Source of the DNA: Omnitrophica bacterium RIFCSPLOWO2_01_FULL_45_10b
GTDB taxonomy: Bacteria > Omnitrophota > Omnitrophia > Omnitrophales > Danuiimicrobiaceae
DNA: 32,574 nucleotides
Direction of reading: 5' to 3'
Assembly: GCA_001804205.1 (NCBI GenBank)
Contig: MHFM01000011.1
Span: 21,198-53,771 of the forward strand
Notes under the pieces: generated by a model
Databases searched by the model: none
Told to the model about the DNA's origin: nothing
What the model saw: the letters and a program-made list of their open reading frames with translations, nothing else
In this document: in pieces, positions 6,935 to 16,675 of the stretch
Layout of the letters: every line of letters begins with the position of its first letter
How positions within the stretch are numbered: position 1 is the first letter of the stretch
Translations under genes and position numbers: made by a program

Positions 6935-8233
6935 ATGAAGTGGCTTTACGATTTTTGTTTTTTAATCTTCGCACTTTTTTCAATTCCAAAATTTTTGGTT
7001 CGCTTGAATCAAGCGCACGATTCAAAAGAACTGATTTGGCAAAGATGGGGTATTTTTTCAAAAACGTTAAAGGGGCGATTTTCAGGGCGGCGAATTCTTT
7101 GGCTTCATGCGGTGAGCGTTGGAGAAGTAATGGCGGCCAGACAATGGATTCAGAACTTTCTGAAAGATTATCCAACATGGACCCTCGCACTTTCAGCCAC
7201 TACGCCCACGGGCCGTCAAATGGCCGAAACGTTGGCTTCGGATCGAGTGGTCGTTTTTTATGCCCCATTTGATTTAAGCAACGTGGTGCGGCGGTTCCTT
7301 AATATTCTTCAACCCAAAATGATTGTGTTAATGGAAACGGAGCTTTGGCCTAATTTAATTTCCGAAGCCAGCGCTTTCGGAATTCCGATCGGTATTGTGA
7401 ATGGCCGAATTTCACCCCGTTCGTTTAAGCAATATCAGCTGGTTTCTTGGTGGCTTGGTTCGATTTTAAGAAAGCTTTCTTTTTGTTTGGTTCAATCGGA
7501 ACGAGATGGAGAATATTTCTCCAAGTTGGGCATGCCTCAAGACAAGATTTTTTGTACAGGGAATATGAAATTTGATCATTTTGGCGCTCCTGAAAAAGCG
7601 CCGTTTTCAACATCCGTGATCTCCGAAAGAGAAAAAAAGCTTGTTTGGGTTGCCGGAAGTACCAATTGGAATGAGGAAGAGGCGATTCTACGGGTGTTCA
7701 GCCGTTTGCGAAATAATTTCCAAAATCTTCAATTGATTTTAGCTCCGCGCCATCCGGAGCACCTTTCTAAAGTCATTGGCGCTGTTCGCCGGAACGGGTT
7801 TCAGTATCGCCTCTTTTCTGAAAATGGCTCGAATCATCAAGCTCCGGTGCTTTTAATCGATCGGATGGGTGTTTTGGCCTCTCTTTATTCATTGGCGGAC
7901 GTTGTGTTTGTGGGAGGAAGTTTTGTGCGCCGCGGCGGACAAAATCCCATTGAAGCTGCTTGTTGTAGAAAACCTTTGCTCCATGGGCCGAACGTATTTA
8001 ATTTTTCGGAAGTCTATCAACTCTTAAACCAAAACCACGCTGCGTTCCAAGTTCAATCAGAAGAGGAGTTGTTTCAGAAGCTCAAACTGCTTCTTGAACA
8101 ACCCAAGCTTCGAGCGGACATGGGTTCTCAGGCTTGGTCTGTTGTTCAATCAATGAAAGGAGCTACGGCACGAACGCTGGATTATTTATCTCGTTGGATT
8201 GAACTCCGCGAGCAGCCCGTTGCTGTGGCATAA
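6935..8233 (+). CDS. waaA: Kdo transferase (GT30)
   Basis: WLHAVSVGE, YAPFD, ETELWPNLI, NGRIS, TGNMKFD, LAPRHPE, GGSF..RGGQNPIEAA. Confidence 0.96.
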   Translation: MKWLYDFCFLIFALFSIPKFLVRLNQAHDSKELIWQRWGIFSKTLKGRFSGRRILWLHAVSVGEVMAARQWIQNFLKDYPTWTLALSATTPTGRQMAETLASDRVVVFYAPFDLSNVVRRFLNILQPKMIVLMETELWPNLISEASAFGIPIGIVNGRISPRSFKQYQLVSWWLGSILRKLSFCLVQSERDGEYFSKLGMPQDKIFCTGNMKFDHFGAPEKAPFSTSVISEREKKLVWVAGSTNWNEEEAILRVFSRLRNNFQNLQLILAPRHPEHLSKVIGAVRRNGFQYRLFSENGSNHQAPVLLIDRMGVLASLYSLADVVFVGGSFVRRGGQNPIEAACCRKPLLHGPNVFNFSEVYQLLNQNHAAFQVQSEEELFQKLKLLLEQPKLRADMGSQAWSVVQSMKGATARTLDYLSRWIELREQPVAVA

Positions 8234-8237
8234 AAAT

Positions 8238-9569
8238 ATGACACCACGTAATTATTTTCGACTTCTTGCCGAGGATCATCTTCGTGTCAGCCGATGGGCT
8301 TGGTTGTGGAAGCCTTTTTTGATGTTGGCGTCCGCTTTTTATTCAATAGGACTGGATATCCATCGCACGCTTTATCAAATTGGAATTTTGAAGCGGCGCT
8401 CATTTTCTTGTCCGGTGATTAGCGTGGGCAATCTCACATGGGGCGGCACTGGCAAAACACCGATTGTGGAATATATTGCCCGGTTTTATTTAAACCGGGG
8501 GAATATACCGCTCATTTTATCCCGTGGTTACGGGGCGGATGAGAGCAGGGCGCTTATTCGCCAGCTTCCGGATGCATTATTTGGCATTGGCAAAGACCGG
8601 TATCAATCGGGACGAAAAGCTTTGGAACGACGGCAAGCGAATGTCGCCGTTTTAGATGATGGTTTTCAGCATTGGAACCTCAAACGCGATTTGGATGTGG
8701 TCGTGGTCAATGTGCTCAATCCGTTTGGTAATTTATGGCTGATTCCGCGTGGGATTCTCAGAGAGCCTTTAAGTAGTTTGAAGCGCGCTTCCATCGTTGT
8801 TCTAAGCGATGTGAATTTAACTCCCCGAAAAGATTTGGAGCATTTGAAAAATGCAATTCGAGCGGTTGCTCCAAAAGTAGAGTTTGTAGAAGCCCATCGC
8901 GAGGCGCTTTATTTTTATCGGCCCGGTTCCCGCGAACGGATATCGCCCGATCGGCTTCAGGGCCAGCGTGTCACCAGTTTTTCCGGAATTGGAACTCCCC
9001 GCTCATTTCAAATGTTATTGAATCAATTGGGCATGAAAACGATTCGAAATTTTGAATTTTCAGATCACCACCGTTATTCGGATCAGGAATTAAACGAAAT
9101 TCTGAAGGCAAAGGAATCCAGTGAATCGGATGAAATTGTCACAACCGAGAAGGATTTTTTTCGCTGTGAAGAAGCGATGAAAAAAATTGTGAAGCCGCTT
9201 GTTTTGAAAGCACGTTTGCGCCTGACAACCGGCGAAAACATACTTCATCAATATCTCGGCCGTTTTGCGGCACCTTCTCAACCGAAGCCTTATATGGCAA
9301 GGCGAAATGATGGTGCTAGGGATTCGGCAAGAAATGATTCTGCCCAAGCCCACCGCCGGCCAAATCGTTTTCGCAGGCCTTCATCTAGGCCGCATTCCCC
9401 ATTTGTCCCTCAAAAGGGTGATGCCCAACTTGCTCCAACTTCTGAAAGTACAGCGCTTCCCACAGAAAAGGGAACTTCAGACCCGTTACCGGAGAAGCCA
9501 TTGGGAAAGGAAATATCAGATACAAAATTGAACAATCATGATGGATCAAATGCTGGTTTGGTATCTTAA
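8238..9569 (+). CDS. lpxK: Tetraacyldisaccharide 4'-kinase with a ~100-aa low-complexity C-terminal extension
   Basis: VISVGNLTWGGTGKTP, LSRGYG, LDDGFQH, PRGILRE, FSDHH, VTTEKD. ATG 8238 preferred. Confidence 0.94.
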   Translation: MTPRNYFRLLAEDHLRVSRWAWLWKPFLMLASAFYSIGLDIHRTLYQIGILKRRSFSCPVISVGNLTWGGTGKTPIVEYIARFYLNRGNIPLILSRGYGADESRALIRQLPDALFGIGKDRYQSGRKALERRQANVAVLDDGFQHWNLKRDLDVVVVNVLNPFGNLWLIPRGILREPLSSLKRASIVVLSDVNLTPRKDLEHLKNAIRAVAPKVEFVEAHREALYFYRPGSRERISPDRLQGQRVTSFSGIGTPRSFQMLLNQLGMKTIRNFEFSDHHRYSDQELNEILKAKESSESDEIVTTEKDFFRCEEAMKKIVKPLVLKARLRLTTGENILHQYLGRFAAPSQPKPYMARRNDGARDSARNDSAQAHRRPNRFRRPSSRPHSPFVPQKGDAQLAPTSESTALPTEKGTSDPLPEKPLGKEISDTKLNNHDGSNAGLVS

Positions 9570-11487
9570 AAGATTAAGTGCTTTTTTGCAGGCACTGCCA
9601 TTGGAATGGGCCCTTGGTTTGGGACGTTGTGTGGGAATTTTTCTTTCTTGTATACATCCTCGCCGTGAAATTGCCTACGTCAATTTAAAAGCTGCTTTCG
9701 GAAGTCGTTACAGTGCCCGCGAACGAAAGGCAATTGTACGGAAACACTTTTGTCATTTAGGGCAAACGGCCGTGGAAGTTTTGCGTTTTCCAAAAATGGA
9801 TCTGAATTATTTTGAGCGTTACATTCAAGTCGAGCATCGAGAACGTTATGAACAAATCGTCCAAAAAAATCAAGGCACAATTTTAATCACGCCGCATTTT
9901 GGAAATTGGGAATTATCGCAAATTTTATCTGCCATTGTTGGAAAATCTCTTTATGTTTTAGCGCGCGAACAAAAACATACCAAGCTCGACGATTTTTTAA
10001 ATGAACTCCGCTCTTCCCACGGCTCCGTGGCCATACACAAAGGCGGCGGCGTGCGGGATTTGATTCGCGAACTTCGAAAAGGGGGGCTCGTAGGAGTCTT
10101 GGGAGATCTTTCCGGCGGGCGCACGGGGAATATTGTTCGCTTTTTTGGACGCAAGACCACCGCTCCACAAGGTATTTTTGAAATTGGGTTGAGAACTCAT
10201 TCCACAATTCTTCCATGTTTTCTCGTGCGGCTCAAAGGTCCGCATCACCAGGTATTTGTTGAGGAACCATTTGCTTTGGCGCAATCCGGCAATGAAGCAA
10301 AAGATATACATGATAGCGTTCAGAATTATTACCGCCTTTTGGAAACATGGATTGAGCGATATCCGGATCAGTGGTTTTGGATTTATAAGCGCTGGAAGCA
10401 TTGCTTTACAAAACGGATTGTGATGTTGCACGATGACCGTGCCGGGCATACCCATCAGTCTGAGGCAATCATGAAAGAATTTGAAGGACTTAAAGAATCG
10501 TTGCCTCATGACTATGAACTTGAACTCCGCTCTGTTCCTGTTCAGTTCAGAAGCGATTGGCACCGGAAGTTATTCTTTGTTTTTGCTTTTTTTGCCCGAC
10601 CGTTTATCCAAGGCCGATTAGGCTGTTTAAACTTTTTTTTAGAACCCAATTGCGCTGTGACACTCCGTGATTTGCATGCGGATATTATCATTTCAGCAGG
10701 CTCTGGCCTTGCGCCTTTAAATCTTCTCTTGAAACGGGAAAATCTTGCGAAATCCGTTGTCATGATGAAACCGTCATTTCCTTATTTGGCACGTTTTTTT
10801 GATCTTTTAGTCGTTCCCCTTCATGATGCTTTTCCAAGGCACACGAACCGTACCATCCGGACATTGGTTACGCCAAGCCGTGTGGATGAAGATTTGCTTC
10901 AAGCTTCTCGGGATCAATTAAGTTCAAACGCTTCCTTGCATTCGAACGGTGCCGGCAGAGTCAGTGTATTTATCGGAGGAAAAACAAGATCGTATCAGCT
11001 AAACCCAGATGTTTTTCGTAAGTGGCTTTCTACGCTTAAAGCATGCGCTGCAGAGAAAAAATGGGAACTTTTAGTCACTACGTCAAGGCGTACAGCGCCT
11101 GAAATTAGCGCAATTATTAAAGAAGAATTGGCTGGGCACCCAGCGACTAAATTGTTGATCATTGCCAACGAATCCAATATCGAAAATGCCGCTTACGGAA
11201 TGCTGGCGCTTTCTGAACTCGCTTTGATCACCGAAGACAGTATTTCTATGGTTTCGGATGCGGTCAGCGCCGGAAAAAATGTTTTGGTGATGCAGCTTGG
11301 AAATGGAAAACTTCCCAAGAAACATGCCCGCTTTCACCAAGCGTTGGAAGCAAATGCCCTCATTCAGCGTGCCGACGCTGCCAATTTTCTCACCCAATTA
11401 GCCGCTTTTAATGGAACTCGCAAGAAAGATACTGTTTTGGAACAACAGTCTCGTCTCATTCAAGAGGCATTGCGTAAATTATTATGA
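9538..11487 (+). CDS. Fusion: lipid A late acyltransferase (LpxL/HtrB-like) + ELM1/GtrOC1-family domain
   Basis: N-terminal HFGNWE, VRFFG, YPDQWFWIYKRWK. C-terminal (from about nt 10400) DDRAGHTHQS, IISAGS, VFIGG, VTTSRRT, ITEDSISMVSDA are ELM1-family motifs. Confidence 0.87.
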   Translation: MMDQMLVWYLKRLSAFLQALPLEWALGLGRCVGIFLSCIHPRREIAYVNLKAAFGSRYSARERKAIVRKHFCHLGQTAVEVLRFPKMDLNYFERYIQVEHRERYEQIVQKNQGTILITPHFGNWELSQILSAIVGKSLYVLAREQKHTKLDDFLNELRSSHGSVAIHKGGGVRDLIRELRKGGLVGVLGDLSGGRTGNIVRFFGRKTTAPQGIFEIGLRTHSTILPCFLVRLKGPHHQVFVEEPFALAQSGNEAKDIHDSVQNYYRLLETWIERYPDQWFWIYKRWKHCFTKRIVMLHDDRAGHTHQSEAIMKEFEGLKESLPHDYELELRSVPVQFRSDWHRKLFFVFAFFARPFIQGRLGCLNFFLEPNCAVTLRDLHADIIISAGSGLAPLNLLLKRENLAKSVVMMKPSFPYLARFFDLLVVPLHDAFPRHTNRTIRTLVTPSRVDEDLLQASRDQLSSNASLHSNGAGRVSVFIGGKTRSYQLNPDVFRKWLSTLKACAAEKKWELLVTTSRRTAPEISAIIKEELAGHPATKLLIIANESNIENAAYGMLALSELALITEDSISMVSDAVSAGKNVLVMQLGNGKLPKKHARFHQALEANALIQRADAANFLTQLAAFNGTRKKDTVLEQQSRLIQEALRKLL

Positions 11488-13613
11488 AGATTGCACAGAT
11501 TCTGCCTCATCTTGATGTCGGCGGCGTTGAAACCGGAACGGTTGATTTGGCCAAGGCGCTTAAAAAACGCGGCGATCAACCTTATGTTATTTCCAACGGC
11601 GGTGTTTTGGTGGAAGAACTTGTGAAAGCAGGAATTCCGCACCTCAAGCTTCCCGTTCACCAAAAATCGATCACCTCACTTCGGTTGGTTCGCGAAATTG
11701 CGGATTTTCTGGAACGGGAGCGAATCGATATCATCCATGCCCGGAGCCGCGTGCCGGCTTGGCTTGCTTACCTCGCCGTCCGCAGGACCAATTGCGATTT
11801 TGTGACCACATGTCATGGCTATTATTCGAAACATTTTTTAAGCCGGGTGATGGGATGGGGCAAGAAGGTTATTGCGATTTCTCATTCGATTGGGCGGAGA
11901 ATGATCGATGATTTTGGCGTTCCGCCAGAGCGCATCGCCTTAATTCATCGGGGTGTGGATTTGAGCCGTTACCCCTTTGTTCAAACCAAGTATGATCGGC
12001 CTAAATCTGGGCCGTTTAAAATTATTAATGTAGGACGGATTACACCCATCAAAGGGCATCAGGAATTTATTCGCGCCGTTCATCTGCTTTCAAGGCGCTT
12101 TCAGAATTTTGAAGTTTCCATTGTGGGGGCAGCCGATGATGACAAGGCCTCTTATTTTCGGGATTTAAAAATTATGGTCCAGCGCCTTGGTTTAAATTCA
12201 CAAGTCAAATTTTTGGGGACTCGGCGGGATATCCCCGAACTTTTAAAAGAAGCTGATCTTCTTGTTTTATCTTCCAAGATTCCGGAAGCGTTTGGGCGTG
12301 TTTTGATTGAAGCGGGTGCCTGCGGTACCGCTGTGATCGCATCCCGGATTGGCGGTATTTTAGACGTGGTTAATGACAATGAAAACGGCCTTTTGTTTTC
12401 TCCTGAAAATTTCGAAGAAATGGCGGTTGCGATGGAACGCTTGCTTCGCGACCGCGCGCTTGCGAAGAAATTTTCTTCCAATCTGCGTCAAAAAGTGGAG
12501 CGTGAATTTTCGCTTGACCGAATGGTGGAAAAAACCTGCCAAGTCTATGATGAGGTGAAACATCAAAAAAGAATCCTCGTCACTAAATTAGGAGCGGTTG
12601 GCGATTTGGTGCTCGCGGTTCCCAGTTTTCGAATGCTTCGGAAAAGATTTCCGAGCGCCAATATTTCACTTTTGGTTGAATCTAAATTGATTCAGCTGGT
12701 CGAACGCTGCCCTTATCTTGACGAGATCATTGTCTTTGACCGGTCAAATCAAAAGGACCAGTGGCGGCGTCTTTTGATATTGGGCAAGCGGTTGAAACAA
12801 AGGGGATTTGATATTTCCATCGATTTGCAAAACAACTGGAAAACCCATTTGCTTGCTTTCTTAGCCCGAATTCCCAAGCGCTACGGTTACAAGCGTGGCT
12901 CCGCAGGCTTTTTGTTAACTCATCCCATTACATTTTGGGATCAAAGTTTGGGCCCTATCGAACATCAATTTCAGGTGCTCAAACGCGCAGGTGTCGTCCA
13001 TTTTGAAGATGCCATCGAGCTTTGGCCGGGGGCAGAAGAGGAAGCTTCCATCGGCGCTCGATTAAAGCAGGCTGGTAGAGATTCGGCAAAACGACTGGTG
13101 GGTTTCATTTTAGGTTCGAGCCCTAACTGGCCAACGAAACAATGGCCGATTGAGCGTTTTGTGGAGCTTTCTAAAAATTTACTTCAAAGATTCGACTGTC
13201 AAATCGCTCTGATTGGAACTAAGGAGGATGAGAAGCTGGCCCAGTCATTTAATCCCTTGAATTCAAAGCATATTTTCGACTTTACCGGAAAAACATCTCT
13301 GGGCGAATTGGCCAGCTTAGTCAAGCATCTTGACGTGATCCTTACAGGGGATACGGCACCGCTTCATATCGCAAGCGCATTTGAAACGAAGATCGTAGCG
13401 CTGTTCGGTCCTACGGAACCCAAGCGCCATATGCCGCCCGGAAAAGATCACATCGCTTTGGTGAAACGTATTCCATGTCAGCCTTGCTACAGTGGAACTT
13501 GCAAAAATTCAGAGAAATTGCTCTGCATGCGCGAAATCAGCGTTTCTGAAGTTGTGGATGCGGTAAGCCGGCAATTGGAACAATGTTCCGCCGCTTTAGG
13601 CACGACTCATTAA
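11484..13613 (+). CDS. Fusion: GT4 glycosyltransferase + GT9 heptosyltransferase-like domain
   Basis: GT4: GGVETG, HARSRVPAW, TTCHG, VGRITPIKG, EAFGRVLIEA (EX7E). GT9 from about nt 12565: LGAVGDLV, DTAPLHIA, LFGPT. ATGA overlap with the upstream gene. Confidence 0.9.
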   Translation: MKIAQILPHLDVGGVETGTVDLAKALKKRGDQPYVISNGGVLVEELVKAGIPHLKLPVHQKSITSLRLVREIADFLERERIDIIHARSRVPAWLAYLAVRRTNCDFVTTCHGYYSKHFLSRVMGWGKKVIAISHSIGRRMIDDFGVPPERIALIHRGVDLSRYPFVQTKYDRPKSGPFKIINVGRITPIKGHQEFIRAVHLLSRRFQNFEVSIVGAADDDKASYFRDLKIMVQRLGLNSQVKFLGTRRDIPELLKEADLLVLSSKIPEAFGRVLIEAGACGTAVIASRIGGILDVVNDNENGLLFSPENFEEMAVAMERLLRDRALAKKFSSNLRQKVEREFSLDRMVEKTCQVYDEVKHQKRILVTKLGAVGDLVLAVPSFRMLRKRFPSANISLLVESKLIQLVERCPYLDEIIVFDRSNQKDQWRRLLILGKRLKQRGFDISIDLQNNWKTHLLAFLARIPKRYGYKRGSAGFLLTHPITFWDQSLGPIEHQFQVLKRAGVVHFEDAIELWPGAEEEASIGARLKQAGRDSAKRLVGFILGSSPNWPTKQWPIERFVELSKNLLQRFDCQIALIGTKEDEKLAQSFNPLNSKHIFDFTGKTSLGELASLVKHLDVILTGDTAPLHIASAFETKIVALFGPTEPKRHMPPGKDHIALVKRIPCQPCYSGTCKNSEKLLCMREISVSEVVDAVSRQLEQCSAALGTTH

Positions 13614-13615
13614 CC

Positions 13616-14635
13616 ATGAATATTTTGGTGGTTACAAAGAATTGGCTCGGGGACGTTATTTTTGAAACGCCGGCTCTTCGTACCATCAAGGAAAATTTTC
13701 CCCAAGCGCATTTAATCGCAGTAACTCCTAACCGCTGCGTTGAGATTTTGCAGGCTTGCCCTTATGTCGATGAAATCATTCCTTTTGATGACCGGAAGAG
13801 AAAAATGGGTTTTATTTTTAGATGGGGCCTCATTTGGAGCCTTAGAAAACGTAAGATCGACAAAGCTTATTTATTTCATCAGGCCCGTAAATTTGCTCAG
13901 ATCGCTTTTCTTTCCGGTATTCCCGAGCGAATCGGTTATCAAACCAAACGGCGCGGCCATTTGTTAACCCATGGTTTTCCGGAACCTGAAGGGCCTATTC
14001 ATAACGTTCAATATTTTTTAGACCTTTTGCGCTTAAAAGGCCTTAAAGTCAGCGGGGATTATTGGTATGAATTTCGTTATTTGCCTGAAGATGATGCTCG
14101 AGCCTCTTCTTTATTAAAAGAATGTAACTTTGAACCTGGCAACATCGTTGCGATCAACCCTGGCGCAAATTGGGCTCCCAAGCGCTGGCCTGCCGAATCC
14201 TTTCGCGAATTAGCCCATTGTTTGATGGAAAAATATGGGGTTCAGATCGTCATCACGGGAACTGAAGACGACCAACCGGTAGCGCGCGCCATTTTAAATT
14301 CGCACAACGGTACTTCCCTGATGGCTTCGGTGTGCGGAAAGACCTCCGTTCGCGAATTGGGGGCATTGTTTGCGAAATGCCGGCTTGTGATTTCCAATGA
14401 CACAGGCCCGCTTCATATTGCGGCTGGAGTTGGAACAAATGTGATCGGTATTTTCGGGCCGACTCAGCCTTTGGAAACGGCTCCTTTGGGCTCTGGACGG
14501 AATATCGTGATTCAATACGCTCATGAAGGCGTGAAATTGCCTTGGATTGGTGAAAATTTTCCTGCGCCTTGGATGGAATGTATTTCTGTAAATGATATCC
14601 TCCGCGTCATTGAGAAAGAAAAGCTGCTTTCATAA
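13616..14635 (+). CDS. waaF: LPS heptosyltransferase II-like (GT9)
   Basis: KNWLGDVI, INPGA..APKRWP, SNDTGPLHIAA, IFGPT. ATG 13616 preferred. Which GT9 paralog is the true WaaF is uncertain. Confidence 0.78.
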   Translation: MNILVVTKNWLGDVIFETPALRTIKENFPQAHLIAVTPNRCVEILQACPYVDEIIPFDDRKRKMGFIFRWGLIWSLRKRKIDKAYLFHQARKFAQIAFLSGIPERIGYQTKRRGHLLTHGFPEPEGPIHNVQYFLDLLRLKGLKVSGDYWYEFRYLPEDDARASSLLKECNFEPGNIVAINPGANWAPKRWPAESFRELAHCLMEKYGVQIVITGTEDDQPVARAILNSHNGTSLMASVCGKTSVRELGALFAKCRLVISNDTGPLHIAAGVGTNVIGIFGPTQPLETAPLGSGRNIVIQYAHEGVKLPWIGENFPAPWMECISVNDILRVIEKEKLLS

Positions 14636-15621
14636 TGGCTTCTGTTAATTCGAGTAAGGTTCAAAAAATTCTCGTCATTTCGCTAAGCAATATTGGCGAT
14701 ATCATTTTGACGACGCCTGTTATTTCCATACTTCGCGAACGCTTTCCAAAAGCTTCCTTGTCTGTACTGGTGGGCCCAAAAGGAGTTCCTCTTTTTACCA
14801 ATAGCTCTACGGTTGATGAAGTCATTTGTTTTGATAAGCATGCCTCCTGGCCAGAAATGCTTCGGCTGATTTTTCAATTACGGGAAAAAAAATTTAATCT
14901 CATTGTCGATTTACGCCACACGGCAATTCCTTTTTTGCTTCAGCCAAACTACCGGACGTCGCTTTTTGTAGATCGTTCTTCAACTTCTATGCGCCAGAGG
15001 CATTTGGACCGACTATGTTTACTTTTAGAAGTCGAATCTTGCAAAAATCATTTTAATTTTTTTACGGATGAAGAGAAAAACTCAGCTCGATCAAAGTTAA
15101 ACCGGTTCAGTTCAGTTCCCGGCACAAATGATTTTGTTGTGCTTGCCCCAGGCGCCGGAAGTGCGCTTAAGCGTTGGACTATTTCTGGTTTTGTTGAACT
15201 TACCCATTATTTTCTTAGCTCAGGCAAACGAGTTGTTTTGATAGGGGATGAGCACGAAGTTGATTTGGGTAAGGAGTTAGAAGAAAAGGTTTCTAAGTCT
15301 GTCACAAATCTCATTGGTTTATTAACTTTGAGGGAATTGGCAGGATTGATTCATGAGTCTTCATTGGTTGTTGCCAATGACAGCGCTGTCATGCATTTAG
15401 CACATGAGTTGAACCGGCCCACCGTATCTATTTTTGGGCCGACGAATGATAAAAAATATTGGCAAGCGGCCGCCGGCCGAAAATTAGTCCGTTTAAATTT
15501 AGATTGCACCCCTTGCGAACAAGCTCAATGCCGCTTGCCACGCCGTCTTTGTTTGGATGATTTACCGGCGTCATTAGTGATCCGAGCTTGCGAAGAACTT
15601 TTGAACCATGTACCCCATTAA
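14635..15621 (+). CDS. GT9 family glycosyltransferase
   Basis: SNIGDIILTTP, APGAG..LKRW, ANDSAVMHLA, IFGPT, C-terminal four-Cys motif; TAATG overlap. Confidence 0.9.
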   Translation: MASVNSSKVQKILVISLSNIGDIILTTPVISILRERFPKASLSVLVGPKGVPLFTNSSTVDEVICFDKHASWPEMLRLIFQLREKKFNLIVDLRHTAIPFLLQPNYRTSLFVDRSSTSMRQRHLDRLCLLLEVESCKNHFNFFTDEEKNSARSKLNRFSSVPGTNDFVVLAPGAGSALKRWTISGFVELTHYFLSSGKRVVLIGDEHEVDLGKELEEKVSKSVTNLIGLLTLRELAGLIHESSLVVANDSAVMHLAHELNRPTVSIFGPTNDKKYWQAAAGRKLVRLNLDCTPCEQAQCRLPRRLCLDDLPASLVIRACEELLNHVPH

Positions 15622-16675
15622 TCGTTCAGCCATTAAACGGATTTTGATTACGCGGACAGATCGAATCGGTGATTTGGTGTTATCAACCCCCATTTTTCCG
15701 GCCATTAAAAAAAGATATCCCGAAAGTCATGTGGCCGTGTTGGTATTTCAAGAGACAGAACCTATCGTGCAAGGGAATCCATGGATTGACCAAGTGATTC
15801 CATACGATAAACAAGGCCGCCACCGAAGTTGGTGGCAAACGTTACTTTTTGGATTGAAATTGAGGAAAGAAAACTTTGATGTAGCCATTCATCTTCATGC
15901 GACCAATCGTGTCAATATCATTTCTTGGCTTGCGGGCATCCCAGTAAGGATCGGTTACCATATTCAGTTGGGAAGCCATGGAAGACTTGATTCGTTTCTG
16001 ACCCATACGATTGATGAAAAAAAATGGCAGGGGAAGAAACATGAAGCAGAGTACAATTTTGATCTTTTGGCTTTGATTGATGTGCCAAAACCAGAGCCGT
16101 TGCAGCTTCATTTTCCTCTTGAAGTTTCAAGCCGTGAGACTTTGAAACGTATTTTGCCTGAGCGCTTCAACCAGCGATACGTTGTTTTTCATCCCAGCGC
16201 GAGCTGTGTTTCTAAACGCTGGTCTCCTGAGCGCCTCGCTTCTGTTGCTGACAAGCTGGCAAGGGATTATGAAGTTTTGCCCGTGATTATCGGCGAAAAA
16301 GAAGGAGTGTTTCACGCCGCACAAATGCAGGAATTTATGAATGAAGATGCGCTTAATTTAGCCGGGAAATTAAGTTTGGGGATGCTGGGGTGGCTTTTGA
16401 AAGGCGCGCGGCTTTTAATTTCCAATGATTCCGGCCCCGTTCATATTGCAGCAGCAGTGGGGACTCCGGTGGTTTCGATTTTTGGAAGAAACCAGCCCGG
16501 CCTAAGCGCTATAAGGTGGCGCCCTCTTTCTCAAAACAGTTCTTATCTTCAAAAAGATGTGGGCTGCGTCGAATGCCTTGCCCACAATTGTCAGATTGAT
16601 TTCAAATGCCTCAAAGAACTTACGGTAAACGATGTCCTTCACGAAGCGAGAAAATATGAGCCTTTTTTGGTTTAA
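15608..16675 (+). CDS. GT9 family glycosyltransferase
   Basis: RTDRIGDLVLSTP, HPSAS..SKRW, SNDSGPVHIAAA, four-Cys motif. Confidence 0.9.
   Translation: MYPINRSAIKRILITRTDRIGDLVLSTPIFPAIKKRYPESHVAVLVFQETEPIVQGNPWIDQVIPYDKQGRHRSWWQTLLFGLKLRKENFDVAIHLHATNRVNIISWLAGIPVRIGYHIQLGSHGRLDSFLTHTIDEKKWQGKKHEAEYNFDLLALIDVPKPEPLQLHFPLEVSSRETLKRILPERFNQRYVVFHPSASCVSKRWSPERLASVADKLARDYEVLPVIIGEKEGVFHAAQMQEFMNEDALNLAGKLSLGMLGWLLKGARLLISNDSGPVHIAAAVGTPVVSIFGRNQPGLSAIRWRPLSQNSSYLQKDVGCVECLAHNCQIDFKCLKELTVNDVLHEARKYEPFLV

Noticed and set aside
9265-9531. Alternative-frame 88-aa ORF within the LpxK tail as a separate gene
   Set aside because: No clear SD or motif, and it fully overlaps the open lpxK frame.
9997-10563. 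188-aa antisense ORF and other minus-strand or alternative-frame ORFs (e.g. 1088-1486, 24221-24673, 24577-25002)
   Set aside because: They lie within well-supported + strand genes and have no recognisable motifs; treated as shadow ORFs.
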